Assembly: GCA_010093605.1 (NCBI GenBank)
Contig: MU004197.1
Span: 372,001-436,000 of the forward strand
Length of the DNA: 64,000 bases
DNA from: Lophium mytilinum
Taxonomy: Eukaryota
Reading direction: 5' to 3'
Shown: positions 37,038 through 48,095 of the stretch, piece after piece
How positions within the stretch are numbered: the first letter of the stretch is position 1
Layout: each line of letters begins with the position of its first letter
Translations under genes and position numbers: made by a program
The notes under the pieces: generated by a model
What the model was told of the DNA's origin: nothing
The model's input: only the letters and a program-made list of their open reading frames with translations
Databases searched by the model: none

Positions 37038-40000
37038 ATGTTTGGGTACACGCTCAAGTATCCTCCCCGGGGCTTCGCTCCTCCGGAGGCAGGTTAGTAC
37101 AGCTATTCAGCAATGGCTTCAAGAGATCGATGCTAACCTCCTCGCAGAGTCTGTGAAGAAGCAGCCTCGTGAAGGTCGGCAGCCGTTGATGGGCATCTGT
37201 TGCGGTCTATGTGCACAAGCTAACAGCACAACAGAAACGGCCGAAGAACGTGCCATTCGCGCCGAAATTCGGTTCAATCTACAGGAGAGCAGGGCGCAGT
37301 TCCGTCATGTGCGCAATGTGCTGGACAACTGCTTTGGGGATGATGAGGCCGACCATATCACGCCTGACCCGCACGGCGATCGCGGGGACAGGGCGGAGGT
37401 TGAGGCTCTCGTCAACAAATTGCTGAGGATAAAACCCGGAGCTGCTCCTCCAGCGCCTTCAGTTCCTCTACCTCCTCCACCCTCACCTTCGACGCGACCA
37501 TCCGGCTCTGCATCAGCTCCATCGCTCCACGGCTTGGGCATCTCCCTCTCTGAGGTTGCAGACGACATGCCTGACTCTCCCTTCTTCCACGCCCAGCGTC
37601 CAGGCGACGGCTCAGGTCGTCTCCGCCGTCGAGCTTCGTCACCAGATCTCTCTGAGCTACGTCGAGAGGCATCGTCATCTCCAACTCCGACCATTGCATC
37701 GCGTCCATTTCCTCATCAGCAGACTCTATCTGAGCGTTCCGACATCGCCCCGCCGTACGAGCCCGCTGAGCCGTCCTTGTCGGCTTTCTCATCTTCGTCG
37801 TCGACTCTAGAGCTTGTAGCCTCTTCGTCATCGCCAGCTCCGATCATCGCACCGCGTGATCTTCCGCGTCGCCCGACACTCCCCGAAAAAGTAGCTTTTG
37901 CGTCACCGTATGAGCAGGCCGATTCGTCCTCGTCGGCGCTGTCTTCTTCGTCGTCGATCCTCGAGCTAGGAGCCTTCTCTTCGCCATTCCGCAACCCAAC
38001 CGTCCCACCCCGCCAGTTTTCACGGCGTCCAACATTAGCTGAGCGCGCAGCATCTAGCTCACCATATGAGTCTGCTGAGCCGTCGTTGTCGAAGTTTTCT
38101 TCCTCTTCCTCCTCGAATCTCGAGCAGGAAGCCTCGTCGCCATTCAGCACCCCGACCATCCCACCCCGCCCATTCCCACGGCGCCCGACCTTAGCGGAGC
38201 GTGCAGCCTCTTCCTCGCCCTATCAGGCAGTCGGACCATCGCTGTCGAAGTTCTCCTCATCTTCCTCCTCGACTCTTGAGCAGGAAGCCTCGTCGCCATT
38301 CAGCACCCCGACCGTCCCGCCCCGCCGATTGCCACGACGCCCGACCTTAGCGGAGCGTGCAGCATCCTCCTCGCGCTATCAGGCGGCCCAACCGTCGCTG
38401 TCGAAGTTTTCCGCGTCCTCCTCGACGCTTGAGCAGGAAACTTCGTCACCATTCCGCACGCCGACCAACGCTGCACACCAGCTCCCACCTCGTCCGACCC
38501 TAACTGATTGTGCTGCTTTCTCGTCGGCGCATGAGCTGGCACAGTCGTCGCTGTCGGTCTTCGAGCGTTCGTCGTCTTCCTCATCTTCGAACCTGGAGAA
38601 TGCAATCCCTTCATCATCACCGATGTCGACGTTTGGTGGACGTGAGTTCCCTCGCCGACCAACCCTTGGGGAGATGGCTGCCTCTGTATCCCCATTTGGA
38701 CCAGCGGCAACAGCGTCGCCGCTTGACCTAAATACCTCTCCTCCATTGTCTGTCTCGACTCTAGGAGCGCGTGAGTTTCGTCGCCGGCCGACTCTCGCAG
38801 AATCCACAGCGTCTTCCTCGCATGCTCCAGCTGTGACCGCGGGTCCCTTCCCTCGCCGTCCCACACTTGAAGAGCAAGATGAGTTCTCTTACTCCAGCTC
38901 AGCTATCGCTTCAGCCAATCACCCTCGCCGACCAGCCCTGCAAGAGCATGCATCTTCGTCAAACCCGTTTCACCGTCGCGCCTCATCGCCGACTCCGCCT
39001 TCGACCTTGCGTCAGGAGATCTGTCCGCCAAGCGTGACCTCCGAGAGCACCGTCAAGCCGCGCCACCGGCTTACGGAGGAAAGGATCAAGGCCCTCGAGC
39101 GCAGCCCGCCCAACATCAGAGATCATCCACTGTTCTCAGGCGTCATTCGCGAGGGTGAGGTTAGTAAGGAGTATAGTCACCGTCACGTACCCAGCTACCT
39201 CTACAACAATTCCTTCCGAGACCTAGAGAATCGTGGTCGGGAAAAAGGTCTCATCTACCCCGACTTTGAGAACCCATTCCCCGCCGGCAAGCTCCCTGCC
39301 CACTTTGATGATGAGAACACACGTGGACATGACAAGGTTCGCGCAATGCTCGTCGAACGCTGGGAGGCAGAGGTACCACGCCGTAAAGTGCCTTCGCCTG
39401 AGCTGATCGCCGCCTCTGAGTCGCTCAAAGAACAGATCCTCCACCGCAAGACCACCTACGAAGACGCATCCGAGCCCAAGGCAACGCGCCCGAGTCTGAA
39501 GAGCGCTTTCAGTTTCAACATGCTCCACAAGTCCCCGGAGGATGCCCGCAACGCTACCTTGAGTCGTGAAAACTCCAAACCGCTCTTCTCGTTCAAGTCT
39601 AAGGGCAAAGAAAAGGCCAAAGTCGCTGGTTTCTTCGACGCTTCCGCCGCTTCTACGGACGAGCTCCGGTGTGACAAGGCCCTACGCATCGCCAGGAAAG
39701 TGCTGATTGAGCTTAATTCTCACATAGGCATCAGTCAGTCCGGCACTTTCGAAGATGAGAACACTCTGAGCGCGCACATCAACCGCTTTCATGCCGGGGA
39801 AGCATTCGCTCGCACGTCCGAAAAGCTGGTAAATGCAGGCCAGTACCTCATCAGCCCCGTCCGAGGAAAGAAGGATGATGCAAAGAAGCGTAGTTCAAAC
39901 AAGGAGAACAAGGGAGAGGATAGTAGCCCATACAACGACGCGACGTCACGTGCGAACCAGATGGAGGACATCAACCGGCAGAAGATGGAGATCATGCAAG

Positions 40001-40746
40001 TCACTACGGGTGGCACCGAGGTCGGTTGGGCCGTGTGGTTCGTTGAGTGGGCGGAAGCGTGGGCCGCGGAGCACCACAAGATCCTCAAGAAGGAGAAGGA
40101 AGAGCTGAAATCCCCCCTCGCCGTCGCCATAGACGAAGAAGATCCGGAACTTTCGCCATACGTGCACTTTCCAGCAGCAGACCGGGCGTGGCTCGCGGCC
40201 ACGCCGCGTGAGCCCAGCACCGAATGGGCCCCCTTTTCGTCCAGCGGCACGCGACAAAAAGGCACCCCGGTGCACGAGAGAGTGGACGCTTGGCAAGCTT
40301 CTTTGGCCGAAACCAACCACCGCGAGCAGCAGCGCCAGACCTCCAAGCAGCGGAAAGTGTCGGAAGAAGAGGAACAAATGACGGAGTGGGCAGAAGAACT
40401 TCGCGAAATGGCGGAAGTAGCAGCAGCACGCGCGGCCACGCTCGCGGCCCTGGAAGAAGAAGAAGCCCCCGAAGCCCCCACGTCGCCCGCCTCTGCCCTC
40501 CCCTCCCCCTCCCGCGACCTGAGGACTTGGACGCCGCGTGCCCGCCCGCGCCCCGTCACCCGCATCTCCGCGCCCCGCGCCCTGATGCTTCCGGCCGTTG
40601 TTGCGGGGACTATGTCCCACGCGGAGGCCCTCGCCGCGGCCTCCTCGTCCCCCCCGCGTGCCGCTGCTGCCCCGTCCGCGTCCCCCTCGGCGTCCCCCTC
40701 GGCGTCCCGCATCCCCCGCTTCAAGGGCGGAAAGCGTGGTGACTAG
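37038..40746 (+). CDS. ~1200-aa Ser/Pro-rich protein with 52-aa internal tandem repeats; exon 1 37038-37092, intron 37093-37147
   Basis: 3.8-kb open frame. ATG at 37038 splices (GTTAGT..GCTAAC..CAG) in frame into it. Repeated RRPTL units and a charged helical C-terminal part; no family recognised. Confidence 0.75.
37700..38950 (+). repeat. Coding tandem repeat, 156-bp/52-aa unit, about 6 full and several shortened copies
   Basis: TTAGC anchors at 38035, 38191 and 38347 (156-bp spacing); unit RRPTLAERAASSSPY..EPSLSKFSSSSSS.LEQEASSPFSTPT.PPR. Confidence 0.9.
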
Positions 40747-40869
40747 AGTGACTTCTTTTGACCGGTGTGATTTGGCCCTGCTAGGTGTGGTGTTTTCCGG
40801 GTCGGTGGGTGGGTTGGAGCGCTTCGGCGCGGTTAGGTAGTCAATGGAACTCTGTGCCGTTGATATTGA

Positions 40870-43800
40870 AGCGTCTGAAGTGGTGATTTGCATGTGTGAT
40901 GGCGCTGTTTGGGGTGGCCCGTGACCTTGAGCACGATTTAGATGGGATGTAAAGGTTTCGAGGCTTCATATTGGGAGGGGTGGGAATGTAGGCTTTTGAC
41001 AGCTGTTTGATGGCGTTTGAGGTGGCTTATGGGGGCGTAAATGTTGGGCACATGATGTCAAAGTTTGAAGGCTTCATATCGGAGAGGGTGGAATTGCAGG
41101 GTTTTGACAGCTGTTTGGTACCGTCTGAGGTGGCTTGGGAGGGTGTAAATTTCGTACATACGATGTTAAATTCCTAAGACTTTATATCGAGAGGGGTGGA
41201 ATTAGGTGTTTTTGACAGGTGAATACCGGTGTCTGAGGTGGCTCGTCGAGGTGTGAATATTGGGATTGGATGTTAAGGTCTGAAGACTTCGTATTGAAAA
41301 GGGTGGAATTGGAGGGGTTTGACCGCCGTTTGGTACCGTTTGAGGTGGCTTGGGAGGGTGTGATTGTGAAGGGCATGATGTTGAAATTTGAAAGCTTCAT
41401 ATTGGAAGGAGTCTAAATAGGCTCTTTTGACGGTCGTTTGATACTGTTTGAGGTGGCTTAGAAGGGCGTGAATATTCTATATGCAATGTCAAATTCCTAA
41501 GGCTTTATATCACGAGGGGGGAAATTAGGGGCTTTTGATAGGTGTATACCGGCGTGTAAGGTGGCTTATCGAGGTGAGAACGTTGTACACACGATGTCAG
41601 AATTTTGGGCATTTATATTGGCATGGGGTTGATTGAGGGCATTTGACAGCCTTATAGCGGCGTTGGAGGTGGCCCAACGAGGTCAGAATGTGGTGCACGC
41701 GATGTCAAAGTTTTGATTTTTTAGATTGTAAGCAGCCTAATTCGGGGCTTTTGACAGCTAGTTGACGGTGTTTGGGGTGGCCCGTCGAGGGGAGAACATC
41801 GTACCCGCGATGTCAAAGTCTCGAGAGCTTATATTGGAAGGGGGCATTTGATACGTTAATAGTAGTGTTTGAGGTGGCCTGTTAAGGTAAGAATAAGGTG
41901 GCCGCGATATCAAAGTCTCAAGGCTTCAAATCCCAAACGGCCTGATTCGAGGCATTTGACAGCTGGTTGGTGGCGTTTGAGGTGGTTCCTCAAGGTGTGA
42001 ATGTTTTGCACGCGATGTCAAAGTCTTAGGGCCTCAAACCAGAAACGCTCTGATTCGGGGGCTTTGACAGTTAGTTGATGGCGTTTGAGCGGCTTCCTAG
42101 GGGCGTAAATACGGTGTACAAGAGGTTCTTGCCGGGTAGTTAGTAGCGTTTGAGGTGGCTCGTAAGGGGTTGGACGCTGGGCATGTAATGTCAAGGTTTC
42201 GAGCCTTCATATTGGAAGCGGTCTAGTTCGGGAGTCCTAACGACTGTCTGATGGCGTTTGAGTGGCTTCATGGGGCCGTAAATTTGGTGCGCGAAGGGCA
42301 TTTGACCGGTGCATAGCGACGTTAGAGTGGCTTCATCGAGGTGTAAATATGGAGCCCGCATGGGATTTGGCAGGTAGTTAGCATTGTTTGAAGCGGCTTG
42401 TGGGGGTGTAGATTTAGTGGGTATAGGGGTTTGACCAATGTATAGCGACGTTGGAGTGGCTTTGAAGGGGTGTAGATGTAGAGCACACACAGGGTCTTGA
42501 CGACCTTTTGATGGCGTTTGAAGCGGCTTATCGAGGTGTGGAATTAATGTACATAGAGGCTTTGACCGTTGTATAGCGACGTGGGAGTGGCTGTAGAGGG
42601 GTGTAGGTGTTATACATACAGGGGCTTTGGCCGCTGTTCAACGGCGTCTGAAGTGGCTTCTGGAGGTGAGGATGTTGTGCACATTGAGATTTGGACAGGT
42701 GGTTGGCGGCGTTCGAGGTGGCTAGCTGGGTTGTGAATGTGATGTATGTAGGGACTTTGACAGACGATTGGCGCCGTCTGAGGTAGCCTACGAGGGTGCA
42801 AACATAGTGCACATAGAAGTTTTGACTGTTGTTTGACGGCGTTTGGAGTGGCTCATGGAGGTGTGGATGTGGCGCATGCAAGCGATCTGATACGTGGTTG
42901 GCGGCGTTTGAGGTGGCTCGTGAGGATGTGGATAGCTTGCACACCATCGGTTTGATAGTTGTTTGGCGGCGTTCGAGGTGTCTCACATGGTTTCGTGAGC
43001 TCTATCCGTCATGCCAAGGCCGCAAGAGCTTGAATTGAAAGGGAACTGATTTTGCAAATATGAAGATATGAAATTGCGTTGTGTTCCATTTTGAGCTATC
43101 TGGGTGTGAGATTTGCGCGTGTGTTGCCGATGTTGGCAAGGCTTCACGGGGGTGTGAATATTGTGTACGTGATGTCAAGAATCCGAGCGTGGGAATTAGA
43201 TAGGGCGAAGATAGGGCGGGTTTACAGCTGTTTGCCGGTGTTTGAGTGGCTTCGTCAGGTTTTCATTCCCGCGCACATGATGTCAAAGACCGGACAGTGG
43301 ATATTTCAGGTGGTATAGATTTATAGATAGAGAGCTATGAAAAGCGTCCGCTCTCGATTTCAAGCCGTGTACGTACGCGGTTTGCACGTGTCCTGACGGC
43401 GTTTAGGGTGGTTCGTGAGGTTTGAAAAGCCGTGCACGCGATGTTGAGGATGAAAGAGTTTGAATTAGATGGGGTGTAATCGCGGACTTTTGACAGATGA
43501 ATAGCAGTGTTCGAGTGGCTTTATCAAGGTGGACATGTGGCACGCGTGATTTTAAGGATGTTGAGCTTGAATTTGAACGTGCTTACATATTTGGTTAATG
43601 AGCTATGGGAATGCAGTGTTCTCGATTTCGTACCGTGTTACTCGGTGAGTTGCACGCGTGCTGCCGCCGTTTGAGGGGCCTTGCGGGCTCCAGTGCAATT
43701 TGGGCATGATGTAAAAGACCATATCCCGTATATGGGGAGGTGTGTAAAAGTAAGCTTTTGACAGGTGGATGACGGCGTTTGAGTGGCTTCGTGAAGGCCG

Positions 43801-46800
43801 GAAAGTGATACACATGATATTATAGATCTGAAAGCGTGAATTGCAGGGCAATCAACGCTCTACATATGGAGCTATGGAAATGTAAGGCTCCCTAACTTGG
43901 GTCCGGTAAGTGTGTGGTTCGCACGTGTGTTGACGCCGTTTGAGGCGCCTTACCAGGCCTAGCGCAATTTGACACGATGTAAAGGATTGTAGGCTGTAAA
44001 TTCAAACCGGCGTAAATGGAGCAGTCTAACCGATGTACGGCAGCGTCTGTAGTGCCTCGTGGGTATCTAAATGGTCTACATCCAAAGTTCAGGCTCCGAG
44101 GCCGCGAAGGAGAGAGGAGTAAAAGGATAGATTTGTTGCTGCGAAATTTCGCAACATTCCAGTCCAAGGGTTGTTCTTGATCTATTTGTGCGTGTGTTGA
44201 CGTCGCATGAGGCGTCTCGCGAGGTCTAGTGTACCCGGAATGCGATGTAAAGAACCGTGGACCGCGGATCAAAGGGGACTTAAATGTAGGGGTTTGACAA
44301 GTGATTGACGGCGTTTGGGTGGCTCCGTGAGGGCTTGAATGTGGTACTTGTGATGTCAAGATTTTGAGACCATAGAGGAGAGGGAATGTGAATGCATAGG
44401 TATTGTGCTACGAAATCTCCTGGCATTTCAACCCAAGGGGTGTGTTCACTCCATTTGCACGCGTGTGAACAGCATATGAGGTATCTTATGAGGTCGAGCC
44501 CAATTCGAGCGTGATGTTACAGTTCTGAGCCCCTAATTGGATGCGGCGTACACAGAGGGATTTGAGAAGTGGTTGATGGCGTTTGAGAGGCCTCGTAAGA
44601 TCCCAAAAGCTCTGCGCGTCATCCCAGTGACATGGGAGTGGGAATTGGCGGGGCTTCATTGCAGGCGATCAATAGTTGTTTGAAGGCGTTTGAGGGGGCT
44701 TGGGTGATCGAGCCTGATCCGAAAACGATGTCAAATCCTCAAGGCCTTGAATGGGAAGGGGTGTAAACAGTAGGGTTTGACAGGTGGTGCACGGCGTCCG
44801 AGGCGGCTTGTGAGGTTTATCCTTCTTCGGACATGATGTAAAGGACCGTAGGCCGTATATCGACGGGGTCGTAGACGGACTTTCTTGCAAGGCGGTGAAC
44901 AGCGTTAGAGGCGCCTGCTAAGGTTGATCTTAATTTGATATAATATAAAGGGCCGTAGTTTGCATATCAAAAGGCACGTCAATGGCGGGTTTTGGAAGGT
45001 GTAGAGCGGCGTTTGTGATGTCTCGCGAGGATGAGCCTAATTTTGACGCGATGTACAGCCCCGTAGGCCAGGGATTGGAAAGGCTGTGAACAAAGGGGTT
45101 TCGCAGCTAGATAGCAGCGTTTGAGGCGTCCCGTGAGGCCTAACCTGAGTTCAACGTGATGTAGAGGATCGGTAGCCGTTAATCAAACGAGACATAAATG
45201 GAGGGCGTTGACAGCTCGCTGCCGTTGTTTGAGGCACCTGGCGAGGTCGAGCCCGATTCGAACGGATATCAAGATCTTGAGGCCGTGAACTGGAAATCAT
45301 GTGATCAAAGGGTGTTGACGGGTGTTTGACGGCCTTTGAGGTTTCTCGTGAGGTTGAGCGCGGTTTGAACACAACGTCATGGTTTCCAGGCCGCAGATGA
45401 GATGAGCTGCAGCTGGACTGCTTGCTAGCTACTACAAATGCGCTACCCTCCAGTTTCGGCGGTGTAAGTGTGTGACTTGCACGTCTCTTAACAGCGTTAG
45501 AGGTACCCTGTGACCTTAAGCGCGATTTGAGCAGGATGTAAAGGATCCGAGTTCTTAAAATGGAAATGGTGTAATTCGAGGGTTTTGATAGGTAGTTGAT
45601 GATGTTCGGAGGACCCCGTAAGTTCGAGCCCGATTCGAACATAATATCAAGGTTTTGAGGCCGTAGACTAGGTGGTTTGCATTCTAAATGGTCCCTAGCT
45701 ACTATTAGCGCTATGATGCTCATTTTGAGACGTCTTAGCGTATAATGTGGATGTAGCTTGACGGTGTTTGCGGTATCTTGTAAGGTCAAGCCTGTTTGGA
45801 ACCGATGTGAAATTCTCGGGGCTGTAAATAGAAGGATCTGCAGTCGGATTGCTTCCTAGCTGCTGGAATGTCTCTGATCGAGATCTAAAGCCATATGAGT
45901 GTATGGTTTGAACACGTCTTGGCAGCGTTCGAGGTTTCTCGTAAGGTCCAACGCAATTCAAAGACGATGTCAAAGTTTCAAGGCCGTAGATCGGAGAGGT
46001 TGCAATTACACTACTTCCTAGCAATGAAACCGCACTACTCTCTGTCTCGATACGAGTGAGTACGGGATATGCAGCTCCAGCGGCGTTTGAGGAGCCTCGT
46101 GAGGTCGACCGCAATTTAACACGATGTTAAGAGCTCGAGGCCAGAGATTTGGGGAGGTTCAAAGGCAACTAAGCCTAAGACACCTACAACGCTCCGCTCT
46201 ACATCCTAAGACGTGTGGGTAACCGAATTACACGTATCCTACCGGCGTATGAAGTGTCTCGTAAGGTTACCCCCGATCTGAGCGCGATGTCAAGAGTTGG
46301 ACGCCAAAGATCAGTAAAATGCACTCGGATTGACTCTTAGGTACCGATAATGCTCCATTCTTCGTTCCGAGACTTTTGGGTAAGTGTCTTGCACGGGTCC
46401 TGGCGCCGTTTGAGGTGCCTTGTGAGGCCTGGTCCAATTCGGGCACGATGTCAAGACCTCGAGGGTATAGATTTGGGGAGGCGCCATCGGAATGCTCTCT
46501 CCTGACGGAAGTAGTCCGCCATTCATCCTAGGGTGTACGGACGCGCGTTATGTACATGCAATAGCGGCGGTTGTGGTGTCTCGTAATGTTGAGCTCGATC
46601 TCTACACGATGTAAAGAACTGGAGACCTAGGATTAGGCGGGTATAATTGGAAGGCTTTCCCAGGGAATGAAACGCTTCAACACCTATCTAGAGACGTATT
46701 TGTGAGCGTTTTGCGCGGGTTTTGATGCCGTTTGTGGTACCCCATGACCTAAAACACGAACTAGGCATACTATTGAGGATTTAAGGTTGTAATTTGAAAA

Positions 46801-47870
46801 AGGGGTTGATTTCGCTTCCGGTTGCTGCTAGGAGCTTTTTCGTCTTCATCCGAGGAGCAGCAAAAGTGTATCTTGCATTCACGATAGCGGCGTTTGACAT
46901 GCCCCGTGACCTCGCATCCATCTCAAACAAGATTTGAAGGCTTCGGGGTCGTGGACTAGAAGGAAGGTAGTTTTGCTACCTATCGCGAGCGAAATGTCTC
47001 GATTCTTCAATTGAAGGTACTCTTTCTAGCGATTTGAAAACACGATGATGGCATCTGAGTGGCCCTGTGGTCCTAATCACGAATCAAACACGATGTCAAG
47101 AATGCGAGGTCGTGAATCGGAAGGAGTGTGATTTATCTCCCTGCCAGTATTGAAATAACTCGACTCTTCGCCTCCCGGTGTGGATTCGAGTGACTTGGTC
47201 GTTCAATAGCGGCGTCTGAGTGGTTCTGTAGGGTCGAGGAAGAGTAATACGTGATGAAAGGTTTCGGGACTGTAAAATGGATGGGGCTACATTGGAAAGT
47301 TTCGCTCAGTGACTGGTAGTGTTTGAGTGACACCGTGAGATAAAAATGGACTATCTATGATGTAAGAGGCTAGAGGTCGTAGATCAGAGCATGTAGAATC
47401 TCAGTACTTCCAGCTACCACAAATATTTCACCGGCAATTTCGAGCCGTGGGTATGAGCGATCTGACAGTGTGATAGCGGCGCTGAAGCATTCTGGATAGG
47501 GATGGACTACTACATTTGATCCAAAGGTTTCCGAATCTCGAATCAAAAGGAGATGAGTGGAGTGCTTCAACAGGTGGACCGTGGCGTCTGACCGGCTCCG
47601 TGGGGCTGCGAGGGATCTTGCTATAATACATAAGACTCGAGGTTGTAGACTTGCTAAAGCAGAATTGCGATGCTTCTGGCCATTCGAAATGATTAACTAT
47701 ACATCTTGGACCGTGCATGAATGCGATTTGACGGCGTGCTAGTGGCGTCTGAAGCGTTCCACAGGAGTGAGGGAGAAGTCCCCGAGGTGTAAACAATCCG
47801 ACATCTTGAATTGGTGGGAGCGTAATCGGCGGGGTTGTGTGGTTGGAAGTTGATATCAGGTGATCTGGGC
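40870..47870 (-). repeat. Right degenerate tandem array, ~60 units, core GGCGTTTGAGGTGGCT..GATGT(C/A)AAG..TTTGACAG; reverse complement of the left array family
   Basis: Cores at 40913, 41021, 41129, 41237, 41344, 41452, 41560, 41668, 41776 (108-bp period); 42262-42977 (65-bp period); 43139-44587 (alternating 108/161); 44587-45340 (108); 45611-47220 (161). Confidence 0.93.
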
Positions 47871-48095
47871 ACCGCCACCCAGCCACAGTCCAGCCCCACT
47901 TTAGCGAGCTGCTGCTGCCTTGCGGGTACAAACCCTGGAAGGATCACAACACCTGCCAAGCTTGACTCAACCTCACCTCTAGCATATGTGAGTCGAAGGC
48001 GCCCTCTATTCTTTCCTCCACCTCACTCCATATGCCGAAGGCCTTTTGACAGCTGCATCCATCTTCGCAACGGAGGCGGCGTTTCATCTCCAACC

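Larger units (their letters stand above)
17400..47870. mobile_element. Candidate ~30.5 kb cargo-carrying element bounded by inverted tandem arrays and encoding a piggyBac-type transposase
   Basis: Homologous arrays in opposite orientation at both ends, an internal DDD transposase and orphan cargo genes, in an island interrupting ordinary genes. No TIR or TSD identified, so the ends are approximate. Confidence 0.5.

Noticed and set aside
39789..40893. Long antisense ORFs (also 1878-2420, 12991-13791, 20357-21190, 56666-57664)
   Set aside because: Shadow frames of GC-rich real genes on the opposite strand.
40870..47870. CRISPR-like array (conserved core with variable intervening sequence)
   Set aside because: The intervening sequences are homologous to each other rather than unique spacers, the cores are degenerate, no cas genes are present and the context is eukaryotic.
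17400..47870. Starship element
   Set aside because: No DUF3435 tyrosine-recombinase captain ORF is recognisable at either end.
41182..47959. Short ORFs within the right array (and 17435-19127 in the left array)
   Set aside because: They are translations of non-coding repeats with mixed unit lengths that break frame; no protein motifs.
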